From the NCBI GenBank assembly GCA_041651095.1, contig JBAZJV010000001.1, positions 19,835-83,834 on the forward strand: 64,000 nucleotides of DNA, given 5' to 3'. The position numbers and the translations under genes are program-made. Positions 16,555-24,972 of this stretch are shown here, piece by piece. The stretch's first letter is position 1. Each line of letters opens with the position of its first letter. A model generated the notes under the pieces. The model saw only the letters and a program-made list of their open reading frames with translations. It ran no database searches and had not been told where the DNA came from. Source of the stretch: Patescibacteria group bacterium. Lineage in GTDB: Bacteria > Patescibacteriota > Patescibacteriia > Patescibacteriales > UBA12465.

Positions 16555-17295
16555 CTATTGAATCGTCCAGCCCCCGTCTACCACCAAGGTCTGGCCGGTA
16601 ATGTAAGAGGCATTATCGGAAGCTAAGAAGGCCACAGCCTGGCCGATATCTTCCGGCAAGCCATAGCGGCGCGCCGGGATATTGGCCGTCATTTGTTGCT
16701 TGGTTTTTTCGTCCACTGCGCCGGTCGCGCCGGGAGTATCTATCGCCCCGGGAGCGATAGCGTTGACGTTGATATTTTTCGGAGCGAGTTCCAGGGCCAG
16801 GGCGCGGGTGAAGGAATTCACGCCGCCCTTGGACGCGCAGTAATGGGTGAGACCGTTGAATCCGACCAAAGCGGCGATGGAGGAAATATTAATGATCTTG
16901 GCGCCGGCCGCCATTACTTTGACCGCGGCTTTGGTGCACAAGAAAATACTTTTCAGATTGACATCCATCACCTCATTCCAATCGTCCACGGTCATCTGGT
17001 CAAACGGTACGAAGGGGAAGATCCCGGCGTTATTGACCAGGATGTCTAAGTGCCCAAATTTTTGGACGGCGGCCGCGATCATCTGGTCTACTTCCGCTGG
17101 CTGCGTTACATCGCATTTGACGGCCAGTCCTTCACCGCCGCTTTGCTTGATTTCCGAGAGGGCCGCTTCGCTACCGGCCAGGTCGAGATCGGCTAACACC
17201 ACCCGGCAGCCGGCTTGCGCCAGGACTTTGGCGATGCCCAGGCCGATGCCTTGCTTAGCCCCCGTGATAATCGCCACTTTATTGGTTAATGTCAT
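16555..17295 (-). CDS. Short-chain dehydrogenase/reductase (FabG-like)
   Basis: TGAKQGIGLGIA cofactor motif, NNAG, catalytic YCASKGG, 246 aa. Confidence 0.85.
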   Translation of the reverse strand: MTLTNKVAIITGAKQGIGLGIAKVLAQAGCRVVLADLDLAGSEAALSEIKQSGGEGLAVKCDVTQPAEVDQMIAAAVQKFGHLDILVNNAGIFPFVPFDQMTVDDWNEVMDVNLKSIFLCTKAAVKVMAAGAKIINISSIAALVGFNGLTHYCASKGGVNSFTRALALELAPKNINVNAIAPGAIDTPGATGAVDEKTKQQMTANIPARRYGLPEDIGQAVAFLASDNASYITGQTLVVDGGWTIQ

Positions 17296-17324
17296 ATATT
17301 TTGAATTATTTTATTTATGTTGTA

Positions 17325-17333
17325 ATTATATCA
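17325..17333 (-). promoter_or_regulatory. Extended -10 promoter element TGaTATAAT for the SDR gene
   Basis: The minus strand reads TGATATAAT about 30 nt upstream of the ATG at 17295. Confidence 0.35.
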
Positions 17334-17367
17334 TATGCGGCGGGAAACAAATACCTCCCCAAAATTA

Positions 17368-17655
17368 TTATTCCCATTGGAATTTTACTTGGTTGGTTTC
17401 TTCCAGGATTTCAATTGTTGCTTTTACGGAAGGATTGTCGGTATTTTTTAAGAATAAGTTATTTTGATATTTTTGTTGTAACGGCGACAGGAACTCATCT
17501 CCCCAGGAGGGAGAAAATGTAGTAACCTCTAAAAAATCAATAATAATTTTTTCGGTATTTTCTTTTGGAAGTCGGGGGGCCAAAGCCGCCAGCGCCTCTT
17601 TTCCCAGTTGTCGAGAAATTAATAAGTTGCCAAATTTTTTTAATTCAATAATCAT
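17368..17655 (-). CDS. STAS-like small protein (DUF4325-type, anti-sigma-antagonist fold)
   Basis: 95 aa. The pattern LLISRQLGKEA..KIIIDFLEVTTFSPSWGDEFLSPL matches the SR..a...(v)DF.gV...s.sF.DEf signature I recall for DUF4325. It starts 4 nt after the upstream stop. Confidence 0.55.
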   Translation of the reverse strand: MIIELKKFGNLLISRQLGKEALAALAPRLPKENTEKIIIDFLEVTTFSPSWGDEFLSPLQQKYQNNLFLKNTDNPSVKATIEILEETNQVKFQWE

Positions 17656-17659
17656 ATTG

Positions 17660-18406
17660 TTAAAAATTAATCAAAGCCAAACAACCCCTAAAGGGAGCGT
17701 CAGCTTGCCCGATTATTAGACTAATCGTTTTATCATCTAAGATAGTAAAAGCATCCCCGGATTGGAAATACAGTTTTAATGGTATATCCTTTTTTATGTC
17801 TACTAATACTTTTTTGACATATTTCAACCCATTCCCCCGGTTCTCTGGGGCGCGCCCAGAAACCTTTTCCGTAAACGCAGTCAATAAAGCCTCGCTGTCA
17901 TTCGTTAAAGCCGGGCGCACTCTTTTAAGAGTAGTGAGAATTCCTTGCCCCCTATCTGCCAGAACAATTTGTCCCTTATTTAAATCGTAGGCGAAGAACA
18001 TTCCCCTAATATCGGGCCATGACCCCAGATTGTGATCAAAGGAATTGTTGCCGATTTCCCCGACCACCGAACTAATAAAAGAAAAATTCTTTTCGAGTTT
18101 GGGTATTTTTTGTAAGGCTATTTCTAAACGATGGAGCCTGGTCTGAAAAGTCGGTGCATCAGGGCAAAAAAACTGGTCATCCGGCTCGGCCGCTATTGAT
18201 TCGAGAACCCATTTTTTGGCCAAAGCAAAAATATCTTTTGTTATCAGCCGGATATCCGAAAGTTTATAGTAACGGTAACCATTAGGGTTAATCCGGGTAG
18301 GCTTAAGCCGACCAGATTGGTCCCAACGTCGCAAAGTCTGCATATTAACGCCAAGTATTTTTGCGGCTTCGCTGATTTTTATTAATTTATTTTCGTTATT
18401 TAACAT
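17660..18406 (-). CDS. MerR-family HTH fused to a GHKL (SpoIIAB/RsbW-like) ATPase/kinase domain
   Basis: The N-terminus is IKISEAAKILGVNMQTLRRWDQSGRL..GYRYY (MerR HTH). It is followed by an N-box (EIGNNSFDH), a G1 box (LADRGQGI) and a G2 box (NRGNGLKYV). The gene is AT-rich. Confidence 0.65.
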   Translation of the reverse strand: MLNNENKLIKISEAAKILGVNMQTLRRWDQSGRLKPTRINPNGYRYYKLSDIRLITKDIFALAKKWVLESIAAEPDDQFFCPDAPTFQTRLHRLEIALQKIPKLEKNFSFISSVVGEIGNNSFDHNLGSWPDIRGMFFAYDLNKGQIVLADRGQGILTTLKRVRPALTNDSEALLTAFTEKVSGRAPENRGNGLKYVKKVLVDIKKDIPLKLYFQSGDAFTILDDKTISLIIGQADAPFRGCLALINF

Positions 18407-18409
18407 AAG

Positions 18410-18452
18410 TATACAAATATCATTAAATTATACAAATATATACATTTGTATA
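18410..18452. promoter_or_regulatory. Putative operator: direct repeat TATACAAATAT (x2) plus the palindrome TATACAAAT-atatac-ATTTGTATA
   Basis: The copies lie at 18410-18420 and 18429-18439. The inverted arms lie at 18429-18437 and 18444-18452. All sit between the promoter and the ATG of the MerR::GHKL gene. Confidence 0.4.
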
Positions 18453-18463
18453 TCAATATATAC

Positions 18464-18491
18464 ATTATATTATAGATCGTAGAAATGTCAA
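18464..18491 (-). promoter_or_regulatory. Consensus sigma70-like promoter TTGACA-16-TATAAT
   Basis: Read on the minus strand, the -35 box is at 18486-18491 and the -10 box at 18464-18469. Confidence 0.5.
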
Positions 18492-18580
18492 TACAATAAA
18501 TACAAACTCTTATTTTTATTTGGTTTTATTAGCTAATAAATCGTACATTGTTCAGAATTTTTAATTTCTTGTCCGGCTCA

Positions 18581-18610
18581 ACATAAACAAAAATCCCCCC
18601 AAAAGGAGAG
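18581..18610 (-). terminator. Possible terminator after tRNA-Ala
   Basis: The minus strand reads TCTCC-tttt-GGGGGGA followed by TTTTTGTTTATG. The stem is short. Confidence 0.35.
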
Positions 18611-18618
18611 ATGTTTGA

Positions 18619-18695
18619 TGGTGGACCCTAAGGGATTCGAACCCTTGACCCCCTGCTTGCAAAGCAGGTGCTCTGACCAGCTGAGCTAAGGGCCC
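18619..18695 (-). tRNA. tRNA-Ala (anticodon TGC), CCA encoded
   Basis: GGGCCCT TA GCTC AGCTGGTCA GAGC A CCTGC TTTGCAA GCAGG GGGTC AAGGG TTCGAAT CCCTT AGGGTCC A CCA. The G3:U70 identity pair is present. Confidence 0.9.
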
Positions 18696-18702
18696 GTTTT
18701 GA

Positions 18703-18957
18703 CTATTGCGGTTGGCTATATTTCAGAAGCGGACTCAGGAGCCAGCGCACGAAAGCCTCGCCGCTGCCGGTCATCAGGATGATGCCGACAAAGAGGCAGA
18801 TTGTGCCGATGAGCTTATAGCCGAGACGGGAGCCGCCGTCTGAGCCCATTTTTTCTTCGAACCAGGCCAGCCGTCCGAAATTATTAATAAACCATTCGGT
18901 CTTGATAACCAGGATGGCGCCGGCGGCCGTAGCTATGATGCCGATGACTATCATCAT
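18703..18957 (-). CDS. Small membrane protein (2 predicted TM helices), unknown function
   Basis: 84 aa with hydrophobic segments MMIVIGIIATAAGAILVI and LIGTICLFVGIILMTG. It starts 5 nt after the upstream stop. Confidence 0.4.
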   Translation of the reverse strand: MMIVIGIIATAAGAILVIKTEWFINNFGRLAWFEEKMGSDGGSRLGYKLIGTICLFVGIILMTGSGEAFVRWLLSPLLKYSQPQ

Positions 18958-18962
18958 ATTTT

Positions 18963-20210
18963 TTATCTGACGTAATTAAGCGGATTGTAGCGGGCGCCGT
19001 TTATCAGTATCTCGAAATGGAGATGCGATCCGGAAGAGCGTCCGGTCGAACCCATCGCGGCGATATTTTCGCCCTTCTTGACCTCATCCCCTACTTTAAC
19101 AAAAAGCTTGGAGGCGTGTCCATAGCGGGTCTTTTTCCCGCCGCCATGGTTGATAACGATGGTGTTGCCATAACCGCCATTCCAGCCTCCTCTGGCGATT
19201 TCCACCACGCCGGCATCCGCCGCGTAGATCGGCGTGCCGACTTTATCCGCGATATCTATCCCCGTATGGCGCCAGGAGAAATATTGAGTAATCCGATGCC
19301 CGGGCGTCGGCCACACCATGCTGCCACCGGTAGACTTGGCGGGCGGGGTCTTCAACAGATTGCTGATGACCGAGAGGCCGCTCCGGCTGCTGCTGGTGCG
19401 GACGGCGGGGGTCGCCTCGGATATCTTTCGGGCACCGGGCAAGACGATTTTCTGGCCGATTTGCAATCCGGCCGCCAGGTCGTTGCGACTGAGTATGTCA
19501 TCAGCGTCAATGCCGTATTTGGCGGCGATTCGGGAGAGCGTATCGCCCGATTTAACCGTGTAAAGAACGCCGCTGTAGGGGAGGATGGTCAGGCGGTCGC
19601 CCGGCCGGATCAGGGAATAAGCGCCTAGGTTGTTCGCCCACAGGATGGTATTGACCGTGATGTTGAAACGGTTGGCGATAGAACTCGCAGTATCGCCGTT
19701 TTGGACCGTATAATAGATGATTTCCGTGCGCTGGGCCGGCAAATTATTTGCCGTCTGGCTCGCCTGCCCGGTAATGAGCGGTTTAAAAATTACGTCATTT
19801 CCGGTGTTAAAGGTCAGAAAATTGTTCTGGTCGATGTTTTCTTCCGGCAGCAGGTCGGTCTGTTTGTCCGCGGTGTAGGAAATATCCACATATTTTTCCT
19901 GTTTAGCTGTCAGCCGGCCGGGCGTGGCGCTTTCCTCGATCAATTCTTCGCTCGGCGGGGCATCGAATTCCGCGATCACCAGCTGGGCCATGGTCGTTTT
20001 CGCTATCGCCGCTTCCAGCGCCCCCGGCTCGTTCTGGTTAGTCAGGTTAGCCAGGATAAATCCGGCAATCAAGATGAAGATTAGCCAATACGCGGCCTGG
20101 TTATCCAGGATTTCCCGGATGGCCTTACGGGTTAGTTCATTATTTTTCAGGCGGAAGATTCTATAATATATTTTAACTAATATTGTGTAAAAGAATCGTC
20201 CAAAGAGCAA
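18963..20210 (-). CDS. LysM-repeat M23 family metallopeptidase (murein endopeptidase)
   Basis: Two LysM motifs (YTVQNGDTASSIANRF.., YTVKSGDTLSRIAAKY..). The M23 core is HTGIDIA..GYGNTIVINHGGG..TRYGH..GSTGRSSGSHLHFEI. The start is the TTG given in the track, but the frame stays open upstream to about 20330 without a canonical start. Confidence 0.85.
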   Translation of the reverse strand: MLFGRFFYTILVKIYYRIFRLKNNELTRKAIREILDNQAAYWLIFILIAGFILANLTNQNEPGALEAAIAKTTMAQLVIAEFDAPPSEELIEESATPGRLTAKQEKYVDISYTADKQTDLLPEENIDQNNFLTFNTGNDVIFKPLITGQASQTANNLPAQRTEIIYYTVQNGDTASSIANRFNITVNTILWANNLGAYSLIRPGDRLTILPYSGVLYTVKSGDTLSRIAAKYGIDADDILSRNDLAAGLQIGQKIVLPGARKISEATPAVRTSSSRSGLSVISNLLKTPPAKSTGGSMVWPTPGHRITQYFSWRHTGIDIADKVGTPIYAADAGVVEIARGGWNGGYGNTIVINHGGGKKTRYGHASKLFVKVGDEVKKGENIAAMGSTGRSSGSHLHFEILINGARYNPLNYVR

Positions 20211-20397
20211 ACGAAAAAAACCGGCGATTACCCGGAATAATTTTCTTATCAGGCGGCCGGCTAAACGCAGAGTCTTGATGCCGGCCAGGCCGGCCTCAAT
20301 CTTGAATTTTTTAAGTTGTACCTTGATAGCAGGGCTGATATGGTTGTAGCTAGACTAATACTTATACTATCATTTTTAAACTTTTATCGTCAATTTA

Positions 20398-20406
20398 TGG
20401 TATAAT
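20398..20406 (+). promoter_or_regulatory. Extended -10 promoter element TGgTATAAT for gpmA
   Basis: It lies 34 nt upstream of the ATG at 20440. Confidence 0.35.
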
Positions 20407-20439
20407 TAAATAAAGTAACCTATATTATTTAATTATTTT

Positions 20440-21192
20440 ATGTATAAAATCGTTTTTTTGCGCCACGGTGAAAGTACTTGGAATCAGAAAGGCCTATTTA
20501 CCGGTTGGACCGATGTCGGCTTGACCGCCAGGGGCGAAGCGGAGGCTCGCTGCGCCGGCCGGGCCCTGAAACAGCGCGGTCTGGCTTTTGATTTGGCTTA
20601 TACTTCATGGTTAAGACGGGCGACTCGGACCTTAAGGATCGTCCTGAATGTTCTTAAAGAAGAAAATATCCCCATTCGGGCCGATTGGCGTTTGAATGAA
20701 CGGCACTATGGAAATTTGCAAGGTTTAAGCAAAAAAGCTACGGCTAAAAAATTCGGAGAACAGCAAGTGCTTATTTGGCGCCGCAGTTATGATGTCCGCC
20801 CGCCCAAAATAAGCGATCATAATAGGTACAATCAGAAATATGCCGCCAAATATCGCGGCCTAGCCGTACCGGAAACGGAAAGCCTTAAGGATGTGGTGCA
20901 TCGCGTCTTGCCCTTATGGCAAAAGGAGATTGTGCCGCTTATAAAATCCAAAAAAAGGATAATTGTCGCCGCCAGCGGCAATAGCCTGCGGGCTATTGTG
21001 AAATATCTGGATAAGCTGTCGCCGCGGGAAGTCGTTAACCTGAATATTCCTACCGGCATTCCTTTCGTCTATGAATTGGATCGGCGTCTGCGCCCGATTA
21101 AACATTATTATCTCGCCGACGAGCGGACGGTGCGGCAGGCGCTGGACCAGGTCAAAAACCAGGGGAAGATAAAAAAAGAGAAGAAAAAATAA
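20440..21192 (+). CDS. gpmA: 2,3-bisphosphoglycerate-dependent phosphoglycerate mutase
   Basis: LRHGESTWN, RHYG and a lysine-rich C-terminal tail; 250 aa. Confidence 0.9.
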   Translation: MYKIVFLRHGESTWNQKGLFTGWTDVGLTARGEAEARCAGRALKQRGLAFDLAYTSWLRRATRTLRIVLNVLKEENIPIRADWRLNERHYGNLQGLSKKATAKKFGEQQVLIWRRSYDVRPPKISDHNRYNQKYAAKYRGLAVPETESLKDVVHRVLPLWQKEIVPLIKSKKRIIVAASGNSLRAIVKYLDKLSPREVVNLNIPTGIPFVYELDRRLRPIKHYYLADERTVRQALDQVKNQGKIKKEKKK

Positions 21193-21219
21193 AAGAAGAT
21201 AAAATAAGAGATTTATAAA

Positions 21220-21252
21220 ATCACCGGCGGTTTACCGTCGGCGATTTTTTTA
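21220..21252 (+). terminator. Rho-independent terminator after gpmA
   Basis: ATCACCGGCGG-ttta-CCGTCGGCGAT followed by TTTTTTT. The stem is imperfect. Confidence 0.5.
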
Positions 21253-22164
21253 TTTAACAATAATCGGGAAGGGTTGTTTCCGGCCATAAGGCCGGGGTCC
21301 GGACTTCAGGCAGTACTCAGTTATGCCTTTTTTAAAATGGGGTGGCTTAATCGCCTGAATCAAGCCGACAATGTAATAACTGGCCGACAGAACAGCGCCA
21401 TAATCGGCTGTCGCCGGGACTTTGATATCCCAGCGCTGTTTAACGGGTCCGAAGAATTCATTCCGGCCGAAAGTGATCACCAGCTCCCGCGGCGATTGGC
21501 AGATAAATTTGGCGTGCCGAGCATTTCCCTCGGAATAGGCGCGCAGGCTGGAATAGGGGCCGAACAATTCATCATCCTTGACGTTGATCATATCCACGAT
21601 CGGCCGATAGCAATCCGGCAAGATAAAAGTGAAATAATCATAACGGCGGAAATCCTTGGGCAGCCGGATGGTTTTCAGCCAGCGTTTGATGACGGCGGGG
21701 TTTTCTCCGGTCAATCCCAAGAGCAGACCGAGATAAGTGGAAAAATTATAGGAATAAGGTTCCGGCGATTTGAGCGAAACCAGGCAACGGTCAGCCAGGC
21801 GAGCGCCGGTCGAGTCCGCCGTGCAGGTCAGCAAAGTCGTTTTTAGTCCGGCCCGCTTAGCTGCTTTGATTTCCCAAATCGCGTCTTTTTCGCCGGAAGC
21901 GGAAACGATAACCGCTTCTTTGATAGTCCGATTTTTGATGAGCGGTCGGTATATCTTTAATTGTTCGGAGAAGTTTCCTTCATCGGCGAACCAAGCAGCT
22001 TGGCCGCTAAAGAGCATCCGGCCCGTATGGTAAGCATTGACGCTCCCGACCACGAAACGGCTGACTGATTTATTGAATTTCAATGGTCGGACTTTGTTTT
22101 TCATAAAAAACTCCAAACCGGCCAGCACACTTTCGTTGAGATTAGGTAAATTAACGGTTTTCAT
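21250..22164 (-). CDS. SIS-domain sugar-phosphate isomerase-like protein (possibly an archaeal-type bifunctional PGI/PMI)
   Basis: 304 aa. AVIVSASGEKDAIWEIKAAKRAGLKTTLLTCTADS resembles the SIS S-x-S-G-x-T/AK..G motif. The size fits PGI/PMI, but the assignment is tentative. Confidence 0.4.
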   Translation of the reverse strand: MKTVNLPNLNESVLAGLEFFMKNKVRPLKFNKSVSRFVVGSVNAYHTGRMLFSGQAAWFADEGNFSEQLKIYRPLIKNRTIKEAVIVSASGEKDAIWEIKAAKRAGLKTTLLTCTADSTGARLADRCLVSLKSPEPYSYNFSTYLGLLLGLTGENPAVIKRWLKTIRLPKDFRRYDYFTFILPDCYRPIVDMINVKDDELFGPYSSLRAYSEGNARHAKFICQSPRELVITFGRNEFFGPVKQRWDIKVPATADYGAVLSASYYIVGLIQAIKPPHFKKGITEYCLKSGPRPYGRKQPFPIIVK

Positions 22165-22285
22165 AAATTTTGCTTTATTTTACAGATATTTTTATTATAA
22201 TTCATCTTGATTTTTATTTCAATTTTTGCTAGGATAGAAGCATAATGCCGGGTTAGTCTTATAATTTTAAGCATTGAGCAGTTTT

Positions 22286-23005
22286 ATGTCCGGACACTCC
22301 AAATGGGCGACCACGCATCGCCAGAAAGAATTGGTAGACGCCAAACGCGGCGCCGTTTTTACCAAATTGGCCAACGTGATAACAATGGCCGCCAAGAAAG
22401 GCGGCGATCCGAACAGCAATCCGTCATTACGGGCGGCCATTGACCGAGCTCGCGATGCCAGCATGCCGAAAGATAATATTGAACGGGCGATCAAGAAGGG
22501 AACCGGCGAGCTGGCCGGAGACCAGATGGAAGAATTATACTATGAAGGGATCGTGCCGCCGGGCGTACAAATAGTAGTGAAGTGCGTCACCGACAACAAG
22601 AATCGCTCCGGTTCCACCGTCCGTCACAGCTTTACCAAGAATGGCGGTTCTTTCGGCGCCGTGCTGTGGAATTTTTCCCAATTGGGGGTCATTCGCATCG
22701 CCAGCGAGGAAGTTAAGGCTCATAAATTGAATAATGAGGAGCTGGAACTGGAATTGATCGATCACGGCATCGCCGATTTCCGGAAAGAAGCGGAAGGGAT
22801 CACAGTCTATACCGAAGTGAAGGACCTAAACACTATCCGCGAATTCCTGGAGAGCAAAGATTTAAAACTAGCGGGAGCGGAAATCGAATATGTGGCTAAA
22901 GACAAACTGGCGCTATCGCCGGCCGATCAGGAAAAGATCGATAAATTACTGGAAGAACTGGAAGATAATGAAGATGTGAGCGATTATTATACTAATTTAT
23001 CATAA
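22286..23005 (+). CDS. YebC/PmpR family DNA-binding regulator
   Basis: The MSGHSKWATTHRQKELVDAKRGAVFTKL N-terminus is diagnostic. The start was reset to the ATG at 22286. Confidence 0.85.
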   Translation: MSGHSKWATTHRQKELVDAKRGAVFTKLANVITMAAKKGGDPNSNPSLRAAIDRARDASMPKDNIERAIKKGTGELAGDQMEELYYEGIVPPGVQIVVKCVTDNKNRSGSTVRHSFTKNGGSFGAVLWNFSQLGVIRIASEEVKAHKLNNEELELELIDHGIADFRKEAEGITVYTEVKDLNTIREFLESKDLKLAGAEIEYVAKDKLALSPADQEKIDKLLEELEDNEDVSDYYTNLS

Positions 23006-23487
23006 TGGTGAAGATTATCTTAGGACTTGATCCGGGTATTGCTGATACCGGTTACGGCGTGGTCAGGGCGGACGGAGCGAAACTCGCTTGCCTGGCTTAT
23101 GGCTCTATCAAGACTAAGCCAGCGGATAGCCTGACGACCCGTTTGGAGATCCTGCACCGCGAGTTAAGCCGGATCATCAAGAAATACCGGCCGGACGCCG
23201 CCGCGGTTGAGTCCTTATTTTTTAATAAGAACGTCAGGACCGCTCTGACGGTCGGTCAAGCGCGCGGCGTCGTGCTGCTGACCTTAAGTCAGCATAAATT
23301 AGCCGTTAGCGACGTGACGCCTTCCCAGGTCAAACAGGCCGTCGCCGCTTACGGCCAAGCTTCCAAACTGCAGGTTCAGAAGATGGTCAAGCTTATCCTG
23401 CAGCTGAAAGAATTGCCGCGCCCGGATGACGCCGCCGACGCTTTAGCCGTCGCGATCTGTGCTTTAAATACCGCCCGCTATGCCTAA
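23005..23487 (+). CDS. ruvC: Crossover junction endodeoxyribonuclease RuvC
   Basis: ILGLDPGIADTGYGVV..AAVESLFF..DAADALAVAIC; 160 aa. Confidence 0.85.
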   Translation: MVKIILGLDPGIADTGYGVVRADGAKLACLAYGSIKTKPADSLTTRLEILHRELSRIIKKYRPDAAAVESLFFNKNVRTALTVGQARGVVLLTLSQHKLAVSDVTPSQVKQAVAAYGQASKLQVQKMVKLILQLKELPRPDDAADALAVAICALNTARYA

Positions 23488-24952
23488 AAGACTGAAAATC
23501 GTCCATATCGCCTCGGAAGTCGCACCTTTTTCCAAGACCGGCGGCTTGGGCAGCGTCGCCCGCAGTCTGCCCAAAGCGCTCAGCCGCCTGGGGCAGGAGG
23601 TAATAATCATCACGCCGCTTTATGAGAAACTGATCGATAAAAAAGCTTTCAAGCTGAAGCCGATCTTTTCCGGCATCAATTTGCGTTTGAATTCCGAAGA
23701 GAAAATCCGGGTCAGCTATTGGCGCGGTTATTTATTGCCCAATTTGCCGGTCTATTTTGTCGAGTGTAAGAAGTTTTTTTCCAAGCACCGCCGGTTATAC
23801 GGATCATCGCGCGAGAACGCGCGGTTTTTAGTATTCAATGTCGCCACCCTGAAATTGCTATCGCTGCTGAAATTCTCCGCGGACATCATTCAATGCCACG
23901 ACTGGCAGACCGGGCTGATCCCGTATTACCTGAAGACTGATTTTCGTTATTCCAAGACTTTGAAAAAGGCCAAGACGATCTTTACTATTCATAACCTGGC
24001 TTTCCAGCTCGGCCATGATTGGTGGGAAATACCGCCAGCGCTTAAAGATTACGGCCGGGGCAAGCTGCCTCATTTAAACGATCCGAGGCTGGAAAATATT
24101 AATTTCGCCAAGCGGGGAATTTTAGCCGCGGATTTTATCAATACGGTCAGCGAACAGTATCGGGATGAAATCATGACCAAGAAATTCGGTCAGAATCTGC
24201 ACCGGATATTGCATAATCGCGCCGACCGCTTGGTCGGAATCGTTAACGGCATCGACTATAATATTTATAATCCGGAACAGGATCCGGGGCTTTACCGGCA
24301 TTATAGCTTCAAGTCGCCGGCCGATCGCTTGCCCAACAAAGGATATCTGCAAAAACTGTTCGATCTGCCGGAGCGTCCGGCAGCGCCGATTTTCTGCATG
24401 ACTTCCCGGGTCACTTTCCAGAAGGGCTTCGGTCTGATCATCGCCGCCTTGCCGCGGCTGTTGGAACTGGACGCCCAGTTTATTATCATCGGCACTGGCG
24501 AGCGGGAATATATCAAGGAATTGCAGAAAATGGCGCGTCATTATCCGGAGAAGCTGGCGGTTCTGCCGACGCATGAGGCTAATCAGAAATACGAAACCCA
24601 GGTTTATGCCGGCGCTGATTTTTTCCTTCTCACCTCCAATCACGAGCCGTGCGGCATCAACCAATTGATCGCCATGCGCTACGGCTGCGTGCCGATAGTT
24701 CGGGCGACCGGCGGCCTGTCCGATACGGTTGAGGATTTTTCCGCTTTGCGGCGGAGCGGCACCGGCTTCATGTTCAAGAATGAGGGGGTCGATGACCTGG
24801 TCGGCGCTATCGGCCGGGCAATCAAGGTTTACCGCCGCCCGAAAGTCTGGGCGACCCTGGTCAAAAGAGCGATGCAGCAATCCAACGGCTGGGAGATTCC
24901 GGCCAAGAAATATCTGGCTCTGTATTATAAAGTTTTGGAGGATAAACGCTAA
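23480..24952 (+). CDS. glgA: Glycogen/starch synthase (GT5)
   Basis: IASEVAPFSKTGGLGSV (K-T-GGL motif), with SNHEPCGINQL in the C-terminal half. Confidence 0.85.
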   Translation: MPKRLKIVHIASEVAPFSKTGGLGSVARSLPKALSRLGQEVIIITPLYEKLIDKKAFKLKPIFSGINLRLNSEEKIRVSYWRGYLLPNLPVYFVECKKFFSKHRRLYGSSRENARFLVFNVATLKLLSLLKFSADIIQCHDWQTGLIPYYLKTDFRYSKTLKKAKTIFTIHNLAFQLGHDWWEIPPALKDYGRGKLPHLNDPRLENINFAKRGILAADFINTVSEQYRDEIMTKKFGQNLHRILHNRADRLVGIVNGIDYNIYNPEQDPGLYRHYSFKSPADRLPNKGYLQKLFDLPERPAAPIFCMTSRVTFQKGFGLIIAALPRLLELDAQFIIIGTGEREYIKELQKMARHYPEKLAVLPTHEANQKYETQVYAGADFFLLTSNHEPCGINQLIAMRYGCVPIVRATGGLSDTVEDFSALRRSGTGFMFKNEGVDDLVGAIGRAIKVYRRPKVWATLVKRAMQQSNGWEIPAKKYLALYYKVLEDKR

Positions 24953-24972
24953 CAAAAGCCAATAGTAATAAT

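Noticed and set aside
17296-18695. Integrative island at the tRNA-Ala 3' end
   Set aside because: AT-rich accessory DNA does abut the tRNA 3' end, but I found no integrase and no direct repeat of the tRNA 3' segment at the far boundary. I therefore do not claim an integrated element.
20211-20330. A possible longer N-terminus for the LysM-M23 peptidase
   Set aside because: The frame is open for ~40 more codons, but that stretch contains no ATG, GTG or TTG upstream of the TTG at 20210. Non-canonical initiation cannot be supported from sequence alone.
24122-24955. A 277-aa minus-strand ORF, and similar long antisense ORFs at 35790-36452, 39397-40041, 40081-40821, 32228-32818 and 19017-19628
   Set aside because: Each is fully embedded antisense in a confidently identified gene (glgA, rpoB, rpoC, the MurE-like gene, the M23 peptidase). 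They have no motifs and R/Q/D/G-rich composition consistent with shadow ORFs.
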